DNA of 17,676 nt from Candidatus Krumholzibacteriia bacterium (GTDB lineage: Bacteria; Krumholzibacteriota; Krumholzibacteriia; WVZY01): positions 1 to 17,676 of the forward strand of contig JAZGDW010000284.1 of assembly GCA_036478295.1 (NCBI GenBank), given 5' to 3'. The notes under the pieces are model-generated. The model saw nothing but the letters and a program-made list of their open reading frames with translations, did not search any database and was not told the DNA's origin. Positions within the stretch are counted from its first letter, which is position 1. Each line of letters starts with the position of its first letter. This document shows, in pieces, positions 1 to 7,037 of this stretch. The position numbers and the translations under genes are program-made.

Positions 1-407
1 TGGGAATGGGAGACTACAGTATTGAAGCAAAAAAACACCTGCGCGAGCGACAGGTGACGACCACCGTCGACTCGCACAACATCTACTTGCACTTGCTGGC
101 GACACGCGGACTGGTTGGTTTTCTTCCCTTCGTTTTTTTCTGGGTCGTTGTTTTTAGAGTGCTTTTCCAGGCGAGGCGCTCTCTCGTCGGGCGAGATGAT
201 TTCGGATTTCATTTCGTGACGGGCGTTATCGCTGCCGCGGTCGCCGTCCTCATAGGCGCACTGACCGAGAACAACATCGACGACAGCGAAGTGTTCATCG
301 CCTTCATGTTCCTGCTGGGGATCTCTCGGAGTTTCGTTGCGGGTCTTGGGCACGCCTCACCCGCAGCACGATTCGATACACCGCCGCCGCAGCAAAGATC
401 GCAATGA
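1..407 (+). CDS. O-antigen ligase (WaaL/Wzy_C) family membrane protein, 3' part (starts before window)
   Basis: Frame open from the window edge (G-M-G-D-Y). Contains the DSHNIYLHLLATRGLVG motif (H-N-x-Y-L...G-x-x-G typical of O-antigen ligases) followed by hydrophobic helices; stop at 405-407. Confidence 0.8.
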   Translation, partial: GMGDYSIEAKKHLRERQVTTTVDSHNIYLHLLATRGLVGFLPFVFFWVVVFRVLFQARRSLVGRDDFGFHFVTGVIAAAVAVLIGALTENNIDDSEVFIAFMFLLGISRSFVAGLGHASPAARFDTPPPQQRSQ

Positions 408-1608
408 CGGGTTCGATGGGAACCCGCATGCGCAGCGACCCGTGAAAAACCAGTGCTGTCAGTGTGTGGATCACCACCACGCCGTACAGGACGACGAGTC
501 TCCGGTGGTGCCGGCAGGTTACGACCAACCCCAGCACGAACAACGGAATGATAAGGACCGCATAGGCGAACCCGACGTCCAGTGAACTGGCCAGTTTTCC
601 CACAAAACTGTCCTGGCTCCACCACCACCCGCTCTTGATCCCGCTCATACCGACGTCGCTCTTGAAACGCCAGAAACGCGCGAATTTCCTGGCCACGAGC
701 AGCGGCACCTCGCCCTTGTTCTCTTTGAGGAATGTTTTTCCCGCCGCCCACGCCGCGTTGTCTCGTTCGAGGATGCCGAGGGCGCCAAGCTCATCGCCGC
801 CAGGCAGGGCGTAGAGCGGCGCCACGCCTCCGTGGTACTGCGGCGTGTCGAGCACCCGCGCGTTGTTTCCCTGGTAGAACGTGATGCCGCCGTGCGACGT
901 AAAAAACATCCACTTGCCGAACGCGGTGTGGTTGCGCGCCGCCCACGGCAGAAGCGTTACCACCACCAGTGTGCCCAGCACCGCACCGCGCAAGAGCCAG
1001 CGCCGCCAGCCAACGTCCGTGGCGAGCAAAAAGAAAAGCAACAGCCACGGGACCAGCAGGACCATGGTGGGCCGTGCGAGTGTGCCGAGCCCGAGCAGGA
1101 CAGCCGCCGCCGCCAGGCGGATCCAGGACGCGGACAGGTGCTCCGCACGCGGAATCGTCAACAGAAGAAAAAGAATGAGAATCGTGTACAGGTTCTCCGT
1201 CAGAAGATAGCCGCTGATAAAAATGAGAAATGGGTTGCACGCGGTGAGCGCGGCGCCAATCCACGCGACCGGCGGTGAAAAATACCGCCGCGCCACCCGG
1301 AAGACCAGCAGCACCACGCACCCGCCGAGCAGGACCTGGACGATCCGGCCCAGAACGACGTTCGGCCCGGTGACGCGGTACAACATGGAGAGCAAGACGG
1401 GGTAGAGTGGCGGCCGGCTGGCGACGCGGTGGCCACCGATGGTGTACCCGTCACCGGCCGCCAGGTTGGATGCCAGTTCGTAGTAATCTGTCTCGTCACC
1501 AACCGGTGCACGGTCCCAACCGACCACCAGCGCGCAAAACGCAACGCGAAAGGCCAGGGCGGCCACGACGAGCAGGACCAGCAACCTTCCTGAGTTCGAG
1601 CTCAACAC
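304..1608 (-). CDS. ArnT/PMT-like (GT-C fold, GT39/GT83) membrane glycosyltransferase
   Basis: GDETDY loop motif, RPPLYP, LLTENLY, TLARP, PWAARN and R-x-R-x-P motifs with many TM helices. Start placed at GTG 1608 (behind GGAGAGAGGA) rather than ATG 1704, because a sigma70 promoter puts the TSS near 1702. Confidence 0.85.
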   Translation of the reverse strand: MLSSNSGRLLVLLVVAALAFRVAFCALVVGWDRAPVGDETDYYELASNLAAGDGYTIGGHRVASRPPLYPVLLSMLYRVTGPNVVLGRIVQVLLGGCVVLLVFRVARRYFSPPVAWIGAALTACNPFLIFISGYLLTENLYTILILFLLLTIPRAEHLSASWIRLAAAAVLLGLGTLARPTMVLLVPWLLLFFLLATDVGWRRWLLRGAVLGTLVVVTLLPWAARNHTAFGKWMFFTSHGGITFYQGNNARVLDTPQYHGGVAPLYALPGGDELGALGILERDNAAWAAGKTFLKENKGEVPLLVARKFARFWRFKSDVGMSGIKSGWWWSQDSFVGKLASSLDVGFAYAVLIIPLFVLGLVVTCRHHRRLVVLYGVVVIHTLTALVFHGSLRMRVPIEPVIAIFAAAAVYRIVLRVRRAQDPQRNSERSPAGT

Positions 1609-1649
1609 TTTCCTCTCTCCCCGGGCGTTGGATGCCGCGTGCGTGGCGG

Positions 1650-1680
1650 CACGAATCGTGCTAATCACGAATCGTGCTAA
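1650..1680. repeat. Direct duplication of the 15-mer CACGAATCGTGCTAA with a palindromic core; overlaps a sigma54-like motif
   Basis: Copies at 1650-1664 and 1666-1680; core CACGA-A-TCGTG is an inverted repeat. CGGCACG-AATC-GTGC gives GG(1648-49)-N10-GC(1660-61). Confidence 0.7.
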
Positions 1681-1708
1681 GTGGAACACCGTGGCCCGAG
1701 GCATTCAC

Positions 1709-1737
1709 ATTCTACCAGCTATGTATAATAACGACAA
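1709..1737 (-). promoter_or_regulatory. sigma70-type promoter for the glycosyltransferase gene
   Basis: Minus strand TTGTCG (1737-1732) - 17 nt - TAGAAT (1714-1709), with an extended -10 TG (TGgTAGAAT). Confidence 0.6.
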
Positions 1738-1787
1738 CTGGTTAATTTCACTTGCAGCTCCGGAGCGTTCCCGGCGCCAGATTTGAG

Positions 1788-1818
1788 TTGCTTACGCTTC
1801 GGACGGGGTATATATATT
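1788..1818 (+). promoter_or_regulatory. Probable sigma70 promoter of the OmpA-family gene
   Basis: TTGCTT (1788-1793) - 17 nt - TATATA(TT) (1811-1818), upstream of RBS GAGGAGGT (1877-1884). Confidence 0.45.
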
Positions 1819-1891
1819 ACTCGCTTATTTTCGAGTCACCGGTTGTCCCAGCTTGCTGGCCGGGGCTCACTTGACCGAGGAGGTTGCGGAC

Positions 1892-2587
1892 ATGTTGAAT
1901 CGAATATTTTACTCGCCGACAAGCGGGCGGACGGTTGCCATTGCGCTAGCGGTTGCCGTCAGTGCCTCCCTCGTCGGCACGTTGGGTTGCAGTGCAAGCC
2001 GCACCAAGAAAGGCGCGGGTATCGGTGCTGCGGCCGGAGCGGCCATCGGCGCGATCGTGAGCGATGACAAGACCAAGGGTGCGGTGATCGGTGGTGCCGC
2101 GGGTGCGGTCGTCGGCGGGGTGATCGGGCACTACATGGACAAGCAGGCGGCAGACCTCGCCAAGATCGAAGGTGCCAAGACCGAGCGCATCGGAGACGAA
2201 ATCCGCGTCACCTTCGACAGCGCCATCCTTTTTGATTTTGACTCGGCCATGCTCAAGGTCGGATCGCAGACCCAGATCAAACAAATGGCCGAAGTCATTA
2301 ACAAGTATCCGGACACCGACCTCGTCATCTCTGGACATACGGACAGTGAAGGCGGGGAAAAATACAACCAGAAACTCTCCGAGCGACGGGCGATGTCGGT
2401 ACGTACTTTCTTCATCGACATGGGTGTGATGGCTTCCAGACTGGAGACAGTTGGTTACGGAGAGCTGAGACCCGTGGCATCCAACGACAGGCAGACGGGC
2501 CGGGATCAGAACCGGCGGGTGGAGATCGAAATCCGTGCCAATGACGACCTGCGCTCTCGCGCCGCGGAGTCGGAGGGCAAGGGTTAG
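1892..2587 (+). CDS. OmpA-family (YiaD-like) lipoprotein with glycine zipper and peptidoglycan-binding OmpA_C domain
   Basis: RBS GAGGAGGT before ATG 1892; lipobox TLGC; Gly-zipper GAGIGAAAGAAIG...GAVIGGAAGAVVGGVIG; YMDKQ; LFDFDS; GHTD...YNQKLSERRA; NRRVEI. Confidence 0.95.
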   Translation: MLNRIFYSPTSGRTVAIALAVAVSASLVGTLGCSASRTKKGAGIGAAAGAAIGAIVSDDKTKGAVIGGAAGAVVGGVIGHYMDKQAADLAKIEGAKTERIGDEIRVTFDSAILFDFDSAMLKVGSQTQIKQMAEVINKYPDTDLVISGHTDSEGGEKYNQKLSERRAMSVRTFFIDMGVMASRLETVGYGELRPVASNDRQTGRDQNRRVEIEIRANDDLRSRAAESEGKG

Positions 2588-2610
2588 TCGCTTCGCTGCA
2601 TCACGCTGAG

Positions 2611-2645
2611 AAAACGGGCGGGGATTCTCCCCCGCCCGTTTTTTT
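2611..2645 (+). terminator. Rho-independent terminator, probably bidirectional
   Basis: Stem AAAACGGGCGGGG / CCCCGCCCGTTTT with loop ATTCTC; T7 tract on the + strand and T4 tract on the - strand; starts about 24 nt after the OmpA stop. Confidence 0.9.
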
Positions 2646-2661
2646 CTGTCCACCGCGGGTG

Positions 2662-2881
2662 GGGAGTGCTTCTGTTATCACCAACAAGAGTTGATCCCGC
2701 AGTGGGCGTGCTCCCTGTTATCACCACCAAAAGTTGATCCCGCAGCGGGAGTGCTCCCTGTTATCACCACCAAAAGTTGGTCCCGCAGCGGGAGTGCTCC
2801 CTGTTATCACCACCAAAAGTTGGTCCCGCAGCGAGAGTGCTCCCTGTTATCACCACCAAAAGTTGGTCCCGCAGCGGGAGT
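2662..2881. repeat. Non-coding tandem repeat, 5 x 43 bp plus a 6-bp partial unit
   Basis: Consensus GGGAGTGCTCCCTGTTATCACCACCAAAAGTTGGTCCCGCAGC. Units 2662-2703 (42 bp, degenerate), 2704-2746, 2747-2789, 2790-2832, 2833-2875, then GGGAGT. No spacers. Confidence 0.97.
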
Positions 2882-2965
2882 AATTACTTTTTTCACAAGC
2901 TTCCGTTGCGCCGCGCTCATAGGCGGGCGAGGCCAACGGTGATTCCCAGTCGCGTAACCGGCACC

Positions 2966-2994
2966 TTGGCATCGAGGCAATCGAGTGCTACAAC
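2966..2994 (+). promoter_or_regulatory. Promoter-like element coinciding with a degenerate CIRCE-like inverted repeat
   Basis: TTGGCA-N17-TACAAC with extended -10 TG. The same bases read TTGGCA-TC-N9-GAGTGCTAC versus CIRCE TTAGCACTC-N9-GAGTGCTAA (one base missing in the left arm). Confidence 0.35.
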
Positions 2995-3151
2995 AATCGC
3001 GGGATCGTTCACTCGGGAGGTCCGTTCCGGGAGGGACAAGGAGATGCGGCTTCCTCAGTTTTCGCTGTTGATCGCACTCGCGGCCCTGGGCAGCGCCTCG
3101 GCGGCCCGTTCAACGGTACCGTCGCTAATCCGACAGGGCTCACGCCAGAAG

Positions 3152-4702
3152 CTAGATCTTCTCCGACACCAGCTTCGCCTGCGTAAAGAGCAGCAGGTAA
3201 TCCCGGCCGCCGGCCTTGCTGTCCGTGCCGGACATGTTGAAGCCCCCGAAGGGGTGCACGCCGACCATCGCGCCCGTGCATTTCCGGTTGTAATAGAGGT
3301 TGCCCACGTTAAACACCTCGCCGGCTTTCTCCAGGTGCTCGCGGTTGGTCGAGTACACGGAGCCAGTCAGGCCGTATTCGGTGTTGTTGGCAATGTCGAG
3401 CGCATCGTCGTAGTCATCGGCCTTGATGCAGGCCAGCACCGGACCAAAGATTTCCTCGAGTGAGATGGTCGCTTCACGGTCCACGTCGGCAAAAACGGTC
3501 GGCAGAATGAAATAGCCGTCTCCCGCTGCCCGCATGCCGCCGAGTACGAGTTCGCCTTCCATCTTGCCCGTCTCGACATAGTCCAGGATCGTGTTGCACG
3601 CGGCCTCGTTGATGACCGGGCCCACGTCGATGTCCCCCGACGTGTACGGCGCACCCTGCTTGAGCTTCTTCGTCCGCTCGACGACTTTCTTTACGAACTC
3701 CGGGTAAACGTCTTTGACAATGATGGCCCTCGAGCATGCGGAACATTTCTGTCCCTGATAACCGAAGGCCGACGCCACCACGCCCTGGACGGCGTCGTCC
3801 AGGTCCACTTCCTTGTCGACGACGATCGAGTCCTTACCGCCCATTTCGAGCACGGCTCTCTTGATCCAGATCTGGCCCGGTCGCGGTGTTGCCGCCTCCT
3901 GGTTGATATGCAGCCCGACTTCCTTGGACCCGGTAAAGGCAATGAATCGGATATGCGGATGCTGTACGATAAAATCGCCTACTTCCGCCCCGCTACCCGG
4001 CACATAGTTCACGACACCTGCGGGCAACCCCGTTTCCTCGAGTACTTCCATAAACTTGGCGGCCACCACCGGCGCGTCGCTGGAGGGTTTCAGCAGCACT
4101 GTGTTGCCGGCCACGAAAGACGCCGCTGTCATCCCCACCATGATGGCGAGCGGAAAATTCCAGGGCGGAATCACCGCTCCTACACCGAGAGGAATGTAGC
4201 TCAGCCGGTTCTTCTCCGCCGCGAACGGCGTCAGCGGCTGCTCGCCGCCCAGGCGGATCATTTCACGGCCGTAGAATTCGAGAAAATCGATAGCTTCGGC
4301 GGTGCCCCCATCCGCCTCCGCCCAGCTCTTGCCGACCTCGTAAACCATCCACGCGGAAAACTCGAACTTACGCTCGCGTACAATCGCCGCCGCCTTAAAA
4401 AGAAATTCCGCCCGCGCTTCGGGTTTCACATGCCGCCACGTCTTGAACGCTTCGGTGGCAACCGCGATCGCCTCTTCGGCGATGTCGCTCGACGCTTTCG
4501 ACACCTTACCGATCACTTGCGACGGATCGGACGGATCGACCGACGTAATACGGTCCTTGGTTTTCTTGCGCTTGCCACCGATAATGAGGTCGTATTCTTT
4601 CCCGAGTTGCGACTTTACTTTGGCGAGCGCTTGCTCCATCGCGTCGATGTTTTCCAGCTTACTGAAATCGGTATAGGGCTCGTTCTCGAATTCGGACGGC
4701 AT
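3152..4702 (-). CDS. pruA: 1-pyrroline-5-carboxylate (L-glutamate gamma-semialdehyde) dehydrogenase, monofunctional PruA/RocA type
   Basis: N-terminal FENEPYTDFS, EAIDF, PWNFP, FTGS, LEMGGK (catalytic Glu), GQKCSACS (catalytic Cys), EEIFGP, PFGGFNMSGTDSKAGG; RBS GGGAG. Confidence 0.95.
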   Translation of the reverse strand: MPSEFENEPYTDFSKLENIDAMEQALAKVKSQLGKEYDLIIGGKRKKTKDRITSVDPSDPSQVIGKVSKASSDIAEEAIAVATEAFKTWRHVKPEARAEFLFKAAAIVRERKFEFSAWMVYEVGKSWAEADGGTAEAIDFLEFYGREMIRLGGEQPLTPFAAEKNRLSYIPLGVGAVIPPWNFPLAIMVGMTAASFVAGNTVLLKPSSDAPVVAAKFMEVLEETGLPAGVVNYVPGSGAEVGDFIVQHPHIRFIAFTGSKEVGLHINQEAATPRPGQIWIKRAVLEMGGKDSIVVDKEVDLDDAVQGVVASAFGYQGQKCSACSRAIIVKDVYPEFVKKVVERTKKLKQGAPYTSGDIDVGPVINEAACNTILDYVETGKMEGELVLGGMRAAGDGYFILPTVFADVDREATISLEEIFGPVLACIKADDYDDALDIANNTEYGLTGSVYSTNREHLEKAGEVFNVGNLYYNRKCTGAMVGVHPFGGFNMSGTDSKAGGRDYLLLFTQAKLVSEKI

Positions 4703-4895
4703 TTGGGTTCTCCCGTGTTTACCAGAGCGTAGAGATCGTCGATTTTTTCGCTTTCAAATATTGCCGGATTGGGATTAAGTATTGAAGAGTCGCTACCGTT
4801 TGACGACTTTCGATCCGGCGGCGGCGAATATAAATCAAGATACTGGCACTGTAAAGCACTATCTCAGGCGGCACCGGCCTGGCGGGTTCGCCCCC

Positions 4896-5321
4896 ATGAA
4901 GACACACTCGATCGAGCAAGCGGTTCGCTACATCGAAACCGACCGTATGAAAGTCGTTCACCACTCCACGTATCTCACGTGGTTCGAGGTGGGACGGACG
5001 TCCTTGCTGGCGGCGGCGGGTTTCCCCTACCACGAACTGGAGGCGTCTGGCACCCGTTTCCCCGTAATCGAGTATTCGTGCCGGATGACCGGTGTCGCGG
5101 ATTACGGCGACACGGTGCGCATCGACACCGCCATCGAGAGTCTCCGCAGCCGTACGGTGGTTTTCAGCTACCGTGCGTACAACCGCGACCAGCTGATCGC
5201 CACGGGTATCTCGAAACATATTGCGGTGGATGGCGACCACAAACCGCGCCGCATGGAGCGGGCGCTGGTGGATGCGCTGCAGGAATACGTTGTGGTCAAA
5301 AGCGAAACTCGAAACCGCTAA
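4896..5321 (+). CDS. Hot-dog fold acyl-CoA thioesterase (YbgC/FadM, 4HBT family)
   Basis: VRYIETDRMKVVHHSTYLTWFEVGR matches the 4HBT/YbgC signature; ATG 4896 gives 141 aa, the family length. Confidence 0.9.
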   Translation: MKTHSIEQAVRYIETDRMKVVHHSTYLTWFEVGRTSLLAAAGFPYHELEASGTRFPVIEYSCRMTGVADYGDTVRIDTAIESLRSRTVVFSYRAYNRDQLIATGISKHIAVDGDHKPRRMERALVDALQEYVVVKSETRNR

Positions 5322-5568
5322 GCTCTTCTTCGGACTCCTCCCACACTTCCTCTACCCGATCGACCCGCGCGTGCTCCGGGCCTTTTCTTACCCGTGCGAG
5401 CGCTTGCTCGCAGACCGCCCGCTCGCCCTGAAAAACCGCCTCCACCCTGCCGTCCGGCAGGTTCTTGACCCAGCCGTCCAGACCCAGTCCCGTGGCCATG
5501 CGGCGCGTGCTGTCACGGAAAAACACTCCCTGGACGACGCCTTCGACCCATACATGCAACCTCGCCAT
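5296..5568 (-). CDS. acyP: Acylphosphatase
   Basis: VEGVVQGVFFR and GWVKNLPDGRVE signatures, KGPEHARV; 90 aa from ATG 5568. Confidence 0.95.
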   Translation of the reverse strand: MARLHVWVEGVVQGVFFRDSTRRMATGLGLDGWVKNLPDGRVEAVFQGERAVCEQALARVRKGPEHARVDRVEEVWEESEEELSGFEFRF

Positions 5569-5677
5569 TTCAATATCCTTACCTGCTGGCCGTGCCAACG
5601 ACAACAGGGCTGGCCCCGCTGCCAGAAACGTTGCCGGCAGCCGGCACAGCGCAGACGCCGCGCGGGCCGTCCGGCAC

Positions 5678-6094
5678 TCACAGGTCAAAAATCACCCGTC
5701 CGCGAAACCCGTCCTCCGTGGCTTCCACAACGAGGCCGTGGTACGTCGCCGCTTTGACGTCGAAACGGAGCTGGTGGCGGTCCGCATCGACCGGCTCACC
5801 GTGGAGCACGCCTTCGAGTGAGCGCTCGTCGATACGCCGGATGACCACGTCGCCGTACAGTTCGCCGCGCGAGCTGCCCTCGGCAATGACTTCACACAGC
5901 CAGTCCACGAGTAGCTCCTCCGCGGAAGACGACGACACCACGAGCGTACGCTCGACCACGGCATCCACCACACCCCGGTACATGAGCGCGAACAACCCCC
6001 GCGTGGCGTTGGCGAAGAGCTCCCGCCGGTCTTTGCCGCGTGCTTCCACGCCGATGTCGCCGGAATGGTCGATTTCTTCGAACGGCTCACGCAC
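5678..6094 (-). CDS. Archease
   Basis: FEEIDHSGDIG, VKAATYHGL and C-terminal IFDL motifs; GTG start overlapping the end of the upstream gene. Confidence 0.93.
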   Translation of the reverse strand: MREPFEEIDHSGDIGVEARGKDRRELFANATRGLFALMYRGVVDAVVERTLVVSSSSAEELLVDWLCEVIAEGSSRGELYGDVVIRRIDERSLEGVLHGEPVDADRHQLRFDVKAATYHGLVVEATEDGFRGRVIFDL

Positions 6095-7007
6095 GGGTCT
6101 TCCGCTCCTTTCTCCACACGTTTCTCAGGTCCGCGGGACGGTAAACGCCGTCCTCCAGCACGATATGATTGATCAGGTCACGCGGCACGCGTTCGAAGTA
6201 CTCGTTCGCCACGCGAATTCCGCGAGGTGCGTTCTTCCACACCTCACCCGGGTCGTGGGTCTCCCCAACCACCCTGCGGGTCTCACTCATTTTGAAACGG
6301 TCTCCCACGACGATAACTGGCCGCGACCGATGCCGGCACGCCAGGGCCACGAGATACGAGCCGCTTTTGTTCAGTACCGACCCATCCGCGTAAATCGCGT
6401 CGCTCCCCAGGAGCGCGCAGTCGCAACCCTCTATCACGGCACCGACCTGAGCCTCCGTAATCACCGTCATTGATTTCGCCCGCGCGGCGAGCAGTTGCGC
6501 CGTCCGTCGCCCCTCGAGAGCAGGCCGCGATTCGCACACGACGATTCGCTGCGACCGGCGCGGCAGCGCCGAAACGGCCGCGATCACCTGCGAGCTATAG
6601 CTGATGATGAGCGGGCGTCGAATCCGCGCGAAACGAGCGGCGAAGCGGTTCGCAACCTCTTGCGTCGAGCCGGTCAGGGCGCGCTCGAGATCATCCACCG
6701 CGAGGCGCACGATGCGATACACCGCGCGACTGTCTCCGGCGCTCGCTGCCCCCGTACCGGCGAACATTCGCAGGAATTTGTCCGCCACCGCTCCGACCGG
6801 TACCATGGACGGGCGTACGCGCCCGATGCGCCGTGCGAGCGCGCGGACATCGCGCCGGTAGCTTTGCACCGGTGCGTCCGTGACCGGCCGGGCCCGCCCG
6901 AGAAGCCGCAGCGCGCGGAGCGCAAGTTCACTGGCCCCCGACCGCCGGTCACGCGCGATGGACTCGAGGCCCTTCTGGATACGGTCTTTGTGGGCGAGGG
7001 TGTGCAT
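6087..7007 (-). CDS. eIF-2B alpha/beta/delta-like (ribose-1,5-bisphosphate / methylthioribose-1-phosphate isomerase superfamily) protein
   Basis: SGASELA, RPSM, CESRPALEG, LLGSDAI, NKSGS and YFERVP motifs of the IF-2B family. Confidence 0.85.
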   Translation of the reverse strand: MHTLAHKDRIQKGLESIARDRRSGASELALRALRLLGRARPVTDAPVQSYRRDVRALARRIGRVRPSMVPVGAVADKFLRMFAGTGAASAGDSRAVYRIVRLAVDDLERALTGSTQEVANRFAARFARIRRPLIISYSSQVIAAVSALPRRSQRIVVCESRPALEGRRTAQLLAARAKSMTVITEAQVGAVIEGCDCALLGSDAIYADGSVLNKSGSYLVALACRHRSRPVIVVGDRFKMSETRRVVGETHDPGEVWKNAPRGIRVANEYFERVPRDLINHIVLEDGVYRPADLRNVWRKERKTRA

Positions 7008-7037
7008 GCGTGGCCCCGGCTTCAGCGGCCGGGTTTT

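Noticed and set aside
1609..1704. N-terminal extension of the glycosyltransferase to ATG 1704
   Set aside because: That ATG lies at or just upstream of the predicted TSS and has no RBS; the segment contains the duplicated palindrome and looks like a 5' UTR.
2761..2778. DnaA box-like TTATCACCA and lambda operator-like TATCACCACCAAAAGTT within each repeat unit
   Set aside because: Only 7/9 to TTATCCACA with no dnaA/oriC context; the lambda OR1 resemblance (13/17) lacks the symmetric second half-site and there are no phage genes.
2662..2881. CRISPR array
   Set aside because: Units are directly adjacent with no unique spacers, and there are no cas genes in the window.
2691..3043. ORFs 2691-2942 and the 5' part of 2777-3463 as genes
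   Set aside because: They only translate the 43-bp repeat, cycling through its three frames, and have no RBS.
4844..4858. sigma54 promoter TGGCACTGTAAAGCA upstream of the thioesterase
   Set aside because: GG to GC spacing is 9 nt instead of the required 10.
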